Virus record (IMG/VR): IMGVR_UViG_3300014325_000010
Coordinates: 1 to 33,129 of that record
Direction: 5' to 3' (one strand)
Length of the DNA stretch: 33,129 nucleotides
From: a virus
Shown one piece after another: positions 8,619 through 16,206 of this stretch (the first letter of the stretch is position 1; each line of letters starts with the position of its first letter). The notes under the pieces are model-generated. The model saw only the letters and a program-made list of their open reading frames with translations, made no database searches and had not been told where the DNA came from. The position numbers and the translations under genes are program-made.

Positions 8619-9170
8619 ATGTTGAAAAATGATCGTTGGATTTACGAAATGTCAGTGAAACATCAAATGATCTCACCATTTGTTGATCGACAACAAAGCG
8701 ATGGAAAGATCTCCTATGGATTATCATCGTATGGTTATGATCTACGGGTTGGGTCTCATTTCAAAATACTCACTAACACTTACAATTCGATTATAGATCC
8801 TAAAAAGATTGACCCACAATCACTTATAGATATCTATGCAGATGAATTTTGTATAATTCCACCAAACTCATTTGCATTAGCTAGCTCTATCGAGTACTTC
8901 AAGATCCCTCGAAATATCCTAACTATCTGTCTTGGTAAATCGACATATGCTCGATGTGGTATCATCGTGAATGTTACTCCCTTCGAGCCGGAATGGGAAG
9001 GTAACGTTACATTAGAAATTTCCAATACAACGCCGTTGCCGGCTAAAATCTACGCGAACGAAGGTCTTGCACAAGTGCTATTCTTGGAAAGCGATGAACC
9101 TTGTTTAATATCCTACAAGGATCGCAAAGGTAAATATCAAGGACAAACTCAGATTACTCTTCCTAGGTGA
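8619..9170 (+). CDS. dcd: dCTP deaminase (Dcd / dUTPase-fold)
   Basis: [10 protein letters not shown] signature, ...[20 protein letters not shown]..., ...[11 protein letters not shown].... About 183 aa. Confidence 0.8.
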   Translation: MLKNDRWIYEMSVKHQMISPFVDRQQSDGKISYGLSSYGYDLRVGSHFKILTNTYNSIIDPKKIDPQSLIDIYADEFCIIPPNSFALASSIEYFKIPRNILTICLGKSTYARCGIIVNVTPFEPEWEGNVTLEISNTTPLPAKIYANEGLAQVLFLESDEPCLISYKDRKGKYQGQTQITLPR

Positions 9171-9173
9171 TTT

Positions 9174-9329
9174 ATGTTACGATTTTTTAAAATTTGTAGA
9201 CACCCATTGCGTTGGATGATGGGTTCTTGTTTTATTTGTGGTGAGTTAATGCTGTTCGAGCCTCCTGTTCCCATTATCGGTAACAAACGTGGATTTTGCT
9301 ATACTCATGGTACATCTGGGAGTTTGTAA
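9174..9329 (+). CDS. Questionable small Cys/His ORF (51 aa) overlapping the candidate terminator
   Basis: MLRFFKICRHPLRWMMGSCFICGELM...CYTHG. Coding status is uncertain because of the terminator-like element inside it. Confidence 0.2.
   Translation: MLRFFKICRHPLRWMMGSCFICGELMLFEPPVPIIGNKRGFCYTHGTSGSL
9192..9225 (+). terminator. Candidate intrinsic terminator after dcd
   Basis: ACCCAT/ATGGGT stem followed by TCTTGTTTTATTTGT. Resembles the stronger terminator at 15254. Confidence 0.3.
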
Positions 9330-9333
9330 GTAG

Positions 9334-11058
9334 ATGACTGATTTGATTGACTTGTCCGAAGCTGTAGACATTCTTGATGAAGTTGACGTTCCAAAGAAAA
9401 TAGTCGAGGATCCACCTCGAATAGCCGAACTTCGAAAAGAACTTGGACTTGATCCATGTCCTATTAAACCATATATACATCAAGTAGTTGGTATCGAGGC
9501 ACTTGTGAATAATCCTGTCTTCGCCCTTATGGATGAGATGGGAATCGGAAAATCGCTGCAAATTATTGTTTCGTCTATGATATTATTTAAACGTGGTCTT
9601 ATCGATCACGTGCTGATTATTGCACCAGCTTCTGTTATTCGTGGCGTTTGGTTTGACCCAGAACTTGGCGAACTTGCTAAACATCTATGGAAGGAAGTTC
9701 CTTGCGAAGTGAATCTTTATCGAGGGAGGGGACATACTTGGTTATGGCCTGATCAAAAACCAAATGTCCGTCGATTAAAATTTACGATCGCAAACTACGA
9801 GTATCTACGAACAAAAGAACGATTGAAGCCGTTACTCAAAGCGGTCAACAGAAAGACCTTTCTCATACTCGAAGAATCAACTGCTGTCAAAAGTCGTAAA
9901 GCACAACAAACCAAAGCATGTGTTAAATTACGAAAAAAAGTTGGACGAATTTGCTTACTCAATGGTACACCAATCGCTAACTCTCCTGTAGACATGTTAA
10001 GTCAAGGGAATATCATGTCACCTGATATTCTCGAGTGTGATTCAAAAGCACATTTTCTTGAACGATATGCACTAACAACCAAGAAGTTCGGCTTCGAGAA
10101 GGTTGTTGAATGGGTTAATATTGATGATTTACAAAGACGATTCGCGCCATATATTCTGCGACGTCTAAAGAAGGATTGCCTCGATCTACCTCCGAAACTT
10201 CCGCCAGTTACGTTAACAGCTACGTTGACACCAGAAACTTGGGCCATCTATAAAGAGATGAAAGAGAATATGGTGGCGTGGCTTAAGAATCCAGATGGAC
10301 TAGTCACGGCTAGTCAAATTATTGTTCGAGCGATACGTCTGTCCCAAATTACGTCTGGTTTTATTGGTGGTCTCGAAGAAGTTCCAAATTTTGCCAAAAC
10401 AGTAACGAACGAAATAATTGAAAAACCACAAAGACCTGATCGTCCTTCGTTTATTGTTCGTCCAGGATTTACAGAATTACCAACTAGACAAGAAGTTGTT
10501 GGTACAGAAGTCGAGGGATTTGATAGAGTACGCGAAATAGGAAAAGAAAAGTTAGACGTCTTCCTCGAGACTTACGCTAAGTTCTTAGAAGAAGATGCTG
10601 CGTTAAAATTGCTCACGTGGTGTCGGTTTCGTCCCGAACTCGGACGACTTATTAAAGCGCTCCGAATGCAGTACCCTACATTAGCTCTCGGCGAAATCCG
10701 CGGCGGTCAAAAGAAAGAAGAACGACAAGACGCGATACGTCTACTCGACCCACGGACTATGTCTCAAACCGAACCTGCAACGGTGGTATGCACGGATGCC
10801 GGCAGTTTAGGGTTGAATCTTACAGGAGCTCATACCGTTATTCGAGTGAGTCAGGGGTATTCACTGTATAAATCACTCCAGGGTGAGGATAGAATACATC
10901 GGCCAGGACAGATCCATCCTTGCTCCTATTTCGATATTATTGCGGAAGGTCCAAAGGGGCAAAAGACTATAGACCATAGTGTGGCTAAGGTGTTACGGCA
11001 AAAGCTTGATATCGCCACGTTTACAACAAGTGCTTGGGTAAATGCCCTCGAAGAATAA
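9334..11058 (+). CDS. SNF2-family DNA-dependent ATPase/helicase
   Basis: Motif I DEMGIGKSLQ, motif II ILEEST, SNF2 motif III LLNGTPIANSP. The C-terminal helicase domain has LGLNLTGAHTVI and RIHRPGQ. Confidence 0.8.
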   Translation: MTDLIDLSEAVDILDEVDVPKKIVEDPPRIAELRKELGLDPCPIKPYIHQVVGIEALVNNPVFALMDEMGIGKSLQIIVSSMILFKRGLIDHVLIIAPASVIRGVWFDPELGELAKHLWKEVPCEVNLYRGRGHTWLWPDQKPNVRRLKFTIANYEYLRTKERLKPLLKAVNRKTFLILEESTAVKSRKAQQTKACVKLRKKVGRICLLNGTPIANSPVDMLSQGNIMSPDILECDSKAHFLERYALTTKKFGFEKVVEWVNIDDLQRRFAPYILRRLKKDCLDLPPKLPPVTLTATLTPETWAIYKEMKENMVAWLKNPDGLVTASQIIVRAIRLSQITSGFIGGLEEVPNFAKTVTNEIIEKPQRPDRPSFIVRPGFTELPTRQEVVGTEVEGFDRVREIGKEKLDVFLETYAKFLEEDAALKLLTWCRFRPELGRLIKALRMQYPTLALGEIRGGQKKEERQDAIRLLDPRTMSQTEPATVVCTDAGSLGLNLTGAHTVIRVSQGYSLYKSLQGEDRIHRPGQIHPCSYFDIIAEGPKGQKTIDHSVAKVLRQKLDIATFTTSAWVNALEE

Positions 11059-11061
11059 TGT

Positions 11062-11229
11062 ATGAAGTGCGAAGAGTGCGGAAAAGCAGAAGCAACTAAG
11101 AAAAAGATTTGGCCTGGGTGTGGATTTTGCGGAGGAACAGAATGTAATGATTATGACGAAATTACATATCTCTGTGATTCCTGTGCTGTACAGTATCCTA
11201 ATGCAGTACCTATTGATGAGGAAAAATAA
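11062..11229 (+). CDS. Zinc-ribbon protein (55 aa)
   Basis: MKCEECGKAEATKKKIWPGCGFCGG...YLCDSCAV. Confidence 0.4.
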   Translation: MKCEECGKAEATKKKIWPGCGFCGGTECNDYDEITYLCDSCAVQYPNAVPIDEEK

Positions 11230-11232
11230 TAC

Positions 11233-11370
11233 ATGAAATGTATTATTTGTCTAAAAGAAATTCTTGATCCTCAGAAATCAACCATTAGCACAGCTGGCCC
11301 AATGCACATAGAATGCATTGGAAAACCACTAGTTACGAGAACTTTTGGTATAACAACTACAGGTTCCTAA
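11233..11370 (+). CDS. Small zinc-finger-like protein (45 aa)
   Basis: MKCIICLKEILDP...HIECIG. The TAA stop abuts the next ATG. Confidence 0.35.
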   Translation: MKCIICLKEILDPQKSTISTAGPMHIECIGKPLVTRTFGITTTGS

Positions 11371-11490
11371 ATGATAGGTACAATAATCGACTGGATGCAA
11401 GCACACGAACTATTATGGGCGCCACCATGGGTTATGCTAATGTTGTGGCTGAAATGGAAAGCCCATCGATCAGGAGCATTTCGGTTATGA
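11371..11490 (+). CDS. Tiny hydrophobic protein (39 aa)
   Basis: MIGTIIDWMQAHELLWAPPWVMLMLWLKWKAH. ATGA overlap with the next ORF. Confidence 0.3.
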   Translation: MIGTIIDWMQAHELLWAPPWVMLMLWLKWKAHRSGAFRL

Positions 11491-11651
11491 CGGCAAAACA
11501 GATGATAGAACTATTATCAAAGTTTCCTCCAGAAATGTCAGATGAAGTTTTGGTACGACTTCCCGATGGACAACGAGTTGCCGTCAGTAATGTTGCTCAA
11601 GATGCTTTTGGTGGACCAATTATCTGTGTCGAGATGGAGGATGATGAGTAG
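11487..11651 (+). CDS. Small protein with an LSKFPPE motif. Paralog of 7629..7838. The track extends it upstream to 11313.
   Basis: MTAKQMIELLSKFPPEMSDEVLVRLPDGQ... Confidence 0.4.
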   Translation: MTAKQMIELLSKFPPEMSDEVLVRLPDGQRVAVSNVAQDAFGGPIICVEMEDDE

Positions 11652-11653
11652 GG

Positions 11654-11905
11654 ATGAAAACGCAACGCACCGTTTATACCAATGAAGCAGAAGCAGCTGC
11701 TGCAAGACGTGCTGCTCAACGAAAGAAATTTGTACCATTTTCCGCTGCGAATTTACCATGGCGTGTTGTAGTGAGTGGTAAAATCGTAGCCTGTTTTGAC
11801 AGCGAACTAGATGCTAAAGGTTTTAGCAAAGCTCGGTATGGTGAAAAAGGTTCCGTTGAACCACGAACCAAGGCACGTCCTTATAAGGAGAAAGTAGCCA
11901 ACTGA
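11654..11905 (+). CDS. Hypothetical protein
   Basis: ORF. The stop codon lies inside a perfect 13-bp hairpin. Confidence 0.4.
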   Translation: MKTQRTVYTNEAEAAAARRAAQRKKFVPFSAANLPWRVVVSGKIVACFDSELDAKGFSKARYGEKGSVEPRTKARPYKEKVAN

Positions 11906-11931
11906 ATTGATAGACTCATCAATTCAGTTGG
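11898..11931 (+). promoter_or_regulatory. Perfect 13-bp stem-loop spanning the stop codon and ending 7 nt before the endonuclease start
   Basis: CCAACTGAATTGA tagactca TCAATTCAGTTGG. Confidence 0.4.
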
Positions 11932-11938
11932 AAACGTA

Positions 11939-12241
11939 ATGAAACGAAAATGGCCTTCGGATATCATGTTAGATTTCGCTCGAATACTGATTCCAGCGGG
12001 TTATGTAATGGACACGATAAAGATTCCATTTAAACATCGTCATGGAATTGGTCATTACACGTTGGACTTCGCTCATCCTGAGGCCAAGGTAGATATTGAA
12101 ATCGACGAGACTTATCACCGCAGAGGCAAACAGCCTCTGCGTGATAAGCGTAGAGATGACTGTGTTCGAGAGGCAGGTTGGAAAGTTATCCGTATACCTG
12201 TGAACAAGATTGACAGAATACTTCTAGATAAAAGAAGATGA
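11939..12241 (+). CDS. DUF559/Vsr-like (PD-(D/E)xK-type) endonuclease-domain protein. Paralog of the C-terminus of 14499..14909.
   Basis: IMLDFARILIPAGYVMD...LDFAHPEAKVDIEIDETYH aligns with ...IMLDFAKVLCPAGYLMD...LDFAHPEAKVNIEIDGEIH. Confidence 0.5.
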   Translation: MKRKWPSDIMLDFARILIPAGYVMDTIKIPFKHRHGIGHYTLDFAHPEAKVDIEIDETYHRRGKQPLRDKRRDDCVREAGWKVIRIPVNKIDRILLDKRR

Positions 12242-12259
12242 AATCACTCAATTAGATCC

Positions 12260-12288
12260 TTTACTTCTGGACTCATTTAAGTTATAGT
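12260..12288 (+). promoter_or_regulatory. Sigma70-like promoter candidate: TTTACT, 17-nt spacer, TATAGT
   Basis: The -35-like TTTACTTC octamer recurs in three intergenic regions. Confidence 0.35.
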
Positions 12289-12303
12289 GGTAAGTATCAG
12301 TTT

Positions 12304-12322
12304 ACGCGTGAAGATCACGCGT
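12304..12322 (+). promoter_or_regulatory. Perfect palindrome ACGCGTGA-aga-TCACGCGT (operator or hairpin)
   Basis: Seen directly in sequence, about 15 nt downstream of the -10 element. Confidence 0.35.
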
Positions 12323-12338
12323 CTGATAAATACCGACA

Positions 12339-12893
12339 ATGAGTTCGGTAGGGAGGAAAGAATTGGGTAAGTACGCGCATCTCAACCTGCCTCGGATCGT
12401 ATCTACGGAACCCAGTCGTCAAGACAAAGTCGACCTCAAGAAGCTCCAAATCCTCGAAAAGCTCCCACTCAATCAGCAAGAATCGGCATCTATCTTTGCT
12501 AGCTACTATGCCGGAGTTCGCCGCGAGAAGGACGAACTTAAACAGCAACTTGCTGAGCTCAATCTTGAAGTTGAAGCGGCCAAACAACTTCTAGTTGAGC
12601 AATACGAAGCTCACGACATCGAGTCGTTGAAGCTGAGTAACGGTGATACTGTTCGAATCCAAATCGAACCGTATCTCGTTGTCGAAATGCCCGGTAAATT
12701 TAGACTATGGTGTGTAAGAAACGGATACGAACAATCTTTACAGCTGCCTTGGAGCACAGCAAACTCAGTCGTCAAAGCTTTATTGCTAAAGGGAAAGCCG
12801 GAACCAGATGGCACACGGGCGTATATGCTATCTAAAGCTGTCTTTTCTGCTGGTGATAAAGATCATGCCGAAAGCGAAGGTGATGACGAATGA
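12339..12893 (+). CDS. Hypothetical coiled-coil protein. Start is more likely TTG at about 12363, downstream of GGGAGG.
   Basis: ORF with a Gln/Glu-rich coiled-coil N-terminal half and an acidic C-terminus. Possibly Gp157-like, but I am not confident. Confidence 0.45.
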   Translation: MSSVGRKELGKYAHLNLPRIVSTEPSRQDKVDLKKLQILEKLPLNQQESASIFASYYAGVRREKDELKQQLAELNLEVEAAKQLLVEQYEAHDIESLKLSNGDTVRIQIEPYLVVEMPGKFRLWCVRNGYEQSLQLPWSTANSVVKALLLKGKPEPDGTRAYMLSKAVFSAGDKDHAESEGDDE

Positions 12894-13135
12894 CGTTTCT
12901 ATGCCTTCCAGTAAGTTCTCGTCCACGAGAAAATATTGGAACTGCCGTTACAAGAGCTTGTAAAGAAATTTCCGTTTCACACCCAGAGTATGAGTTTATG
13001 GCAGTGGTCCCTCGAATCTACACATATTTTGGTACTTCGCCAGAAAGGTTCGAAACCACTGAAGTAGACTTGTTATTTAAATTTGACGAGCAGAAAAAGG
13101 GAGTATCACATGGCCGATCTACAGAAAACCGCTGA
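12890..13135 (+). CDS. Hypothetical small protein. Overlaps the next gene's start region.
   Basis: ORF, ATGA overlap upstream. Confidence 0.3.
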   Translation: MTFLCLPVSSRPRENIGTAVTRACKEISVSHPEYEFMAVVPRIYTYFGTSPERFETTEVDLLFKFDEQKKGVSHGRSTENR

Positions 13136-13898
13136 CGGAACTCTTGTTAAAAGAATGTCGTTTGTTCCGACCAATGACACTACTGGTACGGACGATATTG
13201 CTGAAAATGAAGTACGACTCCCTCGATTAGCAATTGCACAAGGTCTATCGTCACAAATCACTCCAGATAGTTCAGACTACATTAAAGGACTATCTTTGTT
13301 TGAATTGTTTAACGACCTTACAGGCACGATTTACCATCGTGGCCCACTCAAGTTTGTACCTATCAAACGTGTTGTTCGTCGTATCGAATTTGATCCTGAT
13401 AATCGAGGAGTTCCAATTGACATGGATGTACCATTCAATGACCCTCGTTGTCAATGGACTGAGAACGAACAAACCGGTGAACGAGAAGCGCCTCGAGCTA
13501 CCAAGTTCACGGAATTTGTGATTTTTCTAATCTTTGACGACAAGAAACCCGAACCAATCGTCTTGTCTATCAAAGACACAAACAAGTGGAACCGCAAAGC
13601 AGCAGAACGCTTGACGGCTCTAATCAAGATTCGCCCTCCAATCTACTCGACCTATTTCACTGTTGAAAGCAAAAGCGAGAAAAACGATTCCGGTACGTTT
13701 GGAGTCTATGCAATTAAACAGCTCATGGCTTTAGATGATCCGGAACAAACCGACGCAGAATGGGAACGTTCATCCAATATCTACGCGCTTGCGAAACAAT
13801 TTCGTGAGTCCCTCGAAGGGAAGAACATCGTTGTTGAGCGTGAAGCACCTAAGGAAGACGATGCAGATAGCTTTGACGTTGATGATCTGGAGAAGTAA
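13110..13898 (+). CDS. Hypothetical protein with a strongly acidic C-terminal tail. Start taken at ATG 13110, after GGGAG.
   Basis: Ends ...EDDADSFDVDDLEK, reminiscent of SSB-type acidic tails. Otherwise no recognised domain. Confidence 0.5.
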   Translation: MADLQKTADGTLVKRMSFVPTNDTTGTDDIAENEVRLPRLAIAQGLSSQITPDSSDYIKGLSLFELFNDLTGTIYHRGPLKFVPIKRVVRRIEFDPDNRGVPIDMDVPFNDPRCQWTENEQTGEREAPRATKFTEFVIFLIFDDKKPEPIVLSIKDTNKWNRKAAERLTALIKIRPPIYSTYFTVESKSEKNDSGTFGVYAIKQLMALDDPEQTDAEWERSSNIYALAKQFRESLEGKNIVVEREAPKEDDADSFDVDDLEK

Positions 13899-13932
13899 AC
13901 TGACGTAAAATACCACTTTACTTCTAATAGGT

Positions 13933-13969
13933 TCCGTAGTAAACTACCTTTACCGGGGTTTACTACGGA
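13933..13969 (+). terminator. 12-bp AT-rich perfect stem-loop followed by an A/T stretch. Terminator or regulatory hairpin.
   Basis: TCCGTAGTAAAC tacctttaccggg GTTTACTACGGA aatttat. Confidence 0.35.
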
Positions 13970-14017
13970 AATTTATACCGGTGTTAACCAATTTCGTGAG
14001 TCCTAGAAAGGACGAAT

Positions 14018-14293
14018 ATGGCTTATCGACGACCGCGTTCTCAGCCTCGCTACGGTTCTCCAAGACTGGCTGTTGGTAGTTCGTTTATTCCTGATCTTGA
14101 AAAGGCTGTTAAACGTGAAATGCTGAAGCACAATGTGTCACGATCATTCGTGATTGCAACTGCTGTGGCATTCGCTCTCGGTATTGATGAGCAACCGGAC
14201 TATCGCAAATCCACCACAAAGAAAATCAAGCCTTCGGATTTTCGTGGGAATAAAGCACTAAGGTTGGTCGAGAAGAAAGAACGCGCCAGCTAA
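14018..14293 (+). CDS. Small DNA-binding protein, possibly ribbon-helix-helix
   Basis: Basic N-terminus. The segment SFIPDLEKAVKREMLKHNVSRSFVIATAVAFAL fits an RHH beta-strand plus helix pattern. Confidence 0.4.
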   Translation: MAYRRPRSQPRYGSPRLAVGSSFIPDLEKAVKREMLKHNVSRSFVIATAVAFALGIDEQPDYRKSTTKKIKPSDFRGNKALRLVEKKERAS

Positions 14294-14294
14294 T

Positions 14295-14498
14295 ATGAAT
14301 TTGTTTGATATTATCGAGGAGGCTGAGAACAAAGAATTAGCGGAATTGATGGTAAACGACGATCAATTTCGAAAGAACTTACAAGAGAAATGCCCGCACC
14401 TCACCGAGGAAATGACAGAGACCGATTGGGGTCCACCCTGGGGTTTACGTCTTACTTGGACATGTAAAAGATGTAAACGTGTAAGAGGTAGGTGCTAG
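14295..14498 (+). CDS. Small Cys/His protein. In the same frame as 14499..14909, separated only by a TAG. Possible N-terminal part of a split homing endonuclease.
   Basis: ...CPHLTEEM...WTCKRCKRVRGRC, then TAG at 14496-98. Confidence 0.35.
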   Translation: MNLFDIIEEAENKELAELMVNDDQFRKNLQEKCPHLTEEMTETDWGPPWGLRLTWTCKRCKRVRGRC

Positions 14499-14909
14499 TT
14501 GAGTTGGCCTGTCGGAAAAAGACACACACCAGAAGCTAGAGCAAAAATTTCAAATGCGGCACGGCAACAGTGGCAAGATCCAGTAATAAGAAAGAAACAT
14601 GTAGATGGACTGTCATACGCAATGATGAACGAGACACGTCCAGGTGCTATTGGTCAGCCACAAACACAAATAATGTTAGATTTTGCTAAAGTTCTTTGTC
14701 CTGCTGGTTATCTAATGGATGAAATTAGAATACCATTACAAAATAAAGTGGGAGGTTGTTACAGATTAGACTTTGCTCATCCAGAAGCAAAAGTCAATAT
14801 AGAGATTGATGGTGAAATACACACGCGTCCTTATCGGCGCAGAAATGATGAACTTCGTGATGAGCATTTACGAAGTCTCGGGTGGAAAGTTATTCGGATA
14901 AGAATGTAG
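14499..14909 (+). CDS. NUMOD3-like plus DUF559/Vsr-like endonuclease-domain protein. TTG start directly after an in-frame TAG.
   Basis: GKRHTPEARAKISNAARQQW is NUMOD3-like. LDFAHPEAKVNIEIDGEIH is the nuclease core. Confidence 0.5.
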   Translation: MSWPVGKRHTPEARAKISNAARQQWQDPVIRKKHVDGLSYAMMNETRPGAIGQPQTQIMLDFAKVLCPAGYLMDEIRIPLQNKVGGCYRLDFAHPEAKVNIEIDGEIHTRPYRRRNDELRDEHLRSLGWKVIRIRM

Positions 14910-14913
14910 AGGA

Positions 14914-15237
14914 GTGTTAGAGGAGTACGTCGTGAAGATCATTATTAAGCCGTACACGGGATCACGAACAGGTCGACTCGCAGATGCTTCACTCCAATTT
15001 ACTGAGGGATTTCTCAGTGGATTCGAACTTATTGGTTTTGCGATTAACGACCGCGGAGAAGGTCTCTACGTAGATTTCCCCGCCTATGTTCGTCAAGGCC
15101 AACCACCCTTTTTCTATCTGCGACCAGATCCTACCAATGCCGACAAATTAATCGAGGCAGTTGAATCTGCCATTCTCGATTGTTACGAAAAGAGTGCTCG
15201 CGTAGTAACACACGAGAAAGAATTTGTTCTCGACTAA
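14914..15237 (+). CDS. spoVG: SpoVG-like protein
   Basis: About 107 aa. RLADASLQFTEGFLSGFELIGFAINDRGEGLYVDFPAY...NADKLIEAVESAILDCYEK parallels SpoVG ([32 protein letters not shown]...I.DAVL.EY). Confidence 0.5.
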   Translation: MLEEYVVKIIIKPYTGSRTGRLADASLQFTEGFLSGFELIGFAINDRGEGLYVDFPAYVRQGQPPFFYLRPDPTNADKLIEAVESAILDCYEKSARVVTHEKEFVLD

Positions 15238-15253
15238 TTATTCTAATTGATGG

Positions 15254-15290
15254 ATTGACAAGTGGGTGATCCCTGCAAAGGGATCACCCA
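15254..15290 (+). terminator. Rho-independent terminator
   Basis: GGGTGATCCC tgcaaa GGGATCACCC followed by ATTCTTGTTAT. Sits 17 nt after the spoVG-like stop. Confidence 0.6.
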
Positions 15291-15313
15291 TTCTTGTTAT
15301 AGGATGGTTCTAC

Positions 15314-15892
15314 ATGGAATGGAAATCAGTTAAACGCCCTGGATTCTTTGGGCGAAATCGTGATATCATCGTTGACCAATACAATATAAGCTATGGCGTG
15401 GATAAGTGGCGTCTTGTGTGGGTTACACTCACACAAACACTTACCTTCAAAGAAGCCTGCATTCAATTCTATGAACAATCCTATTTAGAATATCTTAGAG
15501 ACAATCAGGATATTTTGAATTGGATTTGTTCATTTGGCGAAGTTATTGATAATGCGCCGAGCAATATTTCGAGTGGATTCGATTACGAGAAACAAGAATC
15601 CTACTCGACACATATACAGGATATTGCTATTCGAAATGTGCTTCGTATCTTGGGTCGGAAATTTAACGGAGGTCCAAATTACATCCTAACTGTTCGTGGA
15701 TTAAATTCCAATGGCCATCACTTAAATCCTGGTCAAATACCATTCTACGACCACAATCTTATTACACAACCCTCCAAAGCACCTTATTGGGCTTTAAAAA
15801 ATTCTGTAGAAGATTTTTGGCAATCTAATAAGTGGCTCCAAGTGTTGGAAGATTCATCCCAGAAAAATCTTCCATATACGGACGGTAAATAG
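15314..15892 (+). CDS. Hypothetical protein. Start moved to ATG 15314 after AGGA; the track's GTG 15266 start lies inside the terminator hairpin.
   Basis: MEWKSVKRPGFFGRNRDIIVDQYNISYG... No recognised domain. Confidence 0.5.
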   Translation: MEWKSVKRPGFFGRNRDIIVDQYNISYGVDKWRLVWVTLTQTLTFKEACIQFYEQSYLEYLRDNQDILNWICSFGEVIDNAPSNISSGFDYEKQESYSTHIQDIAIRNVLRILGRKFNGGPNYILTVRGLNSNGHHLNPGQIPFYDHNLITQPSKAPYWALKNSVEDFWQSNKWLQVLEDSSQKNLPYTDGK

Positions 15893-15906
15893 ATTTACGT
15901 TTGACG

Positions 15907-15935
15907 TTTACTTCCAAAGCGGTACGCGGTAAAAT
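15907..15935 (+). promoter_or_regulatory. Sigma70-like promoter candidate: TTTACT, 17-nt spacer, TAAAAT
   Basis: Third copy of the TTTACTTC -35-like octamer. Nearby direct repeats: ACGTTT at 15897, 15904 and 15951; GTACGCGGTA twice at 15922 and 15942. Confidence 0.3.
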
Positions 15936-15992
15936 AAAAGTACGCGGTAGTACGTTTAGCCGCTTACGGTATTTTCACAATCAAGTTTCGCC

Positions 15993-16071
15993 GGCTGCAC
16001 CCTTTTTCATACGGGTCCTGTTGCGGATCATTCGAACGTGCGGGTGCAGCTTCTGCTTGCAGCACGTTCGA
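15993..16071 (+). ncRNA. GC-rich structured leader element with two interleaved perfect stems (pseudoknot-capable)
   Basis: Stem A: GCTGCACCC (15994-16002) pairs with GGGTGCAGC (16042-16050). Stem B: TCGAACGTGC (16032-41) pairs with GCACGTTCGA (16062-71). The order A5'-B5'-A3'-B3' gives H-type pseudoknot topology. Confidence 0.35.
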
Positions 16072-16176
16072 GCCACCTGAGTCGGGGCACCAGTCAGCAG
16101 CAACATGTGATGGACTTCATTAAGTTGGAAAGAGTGACTGGTCGGTAGCACGTGGTGGGGCGATGTTACCTAGGAG

Positions 16177-16206
16177 CCGATGGAAGCGTTCATTTGCTTC
16201 CATCGG
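16177..16206 (+). promoter_or_regulatory. Perfect 11-bp hairpin sequestering the ATG (16180) of the small ORF. The SD AGGAG lies just upstream.
   Basis: CCGATGGAAGC gttcattt GCTTCCATCGG. AGGAG at 16172-76. Confidence 0.4.

Noticed and set aside
11313-11651. 112-aa track ORF spanning three tightly chained mini-genes
   Set aside because: Only its last 54 codons (from ATG 11487, in an ATGA overlap) match the LSKFPPE paralog at 7629. The upstream part overlaps two better-formed mini-ORFs in other frames (11233-11370, 11371-11490).
15266-15313. GTG start of the track ORF 15266-15892
   Set aside because: It lies inside a strong GC hairpin plus T-tract terminator (15254-15290). ATG 15314, with an AGGA SD, is the credible start.
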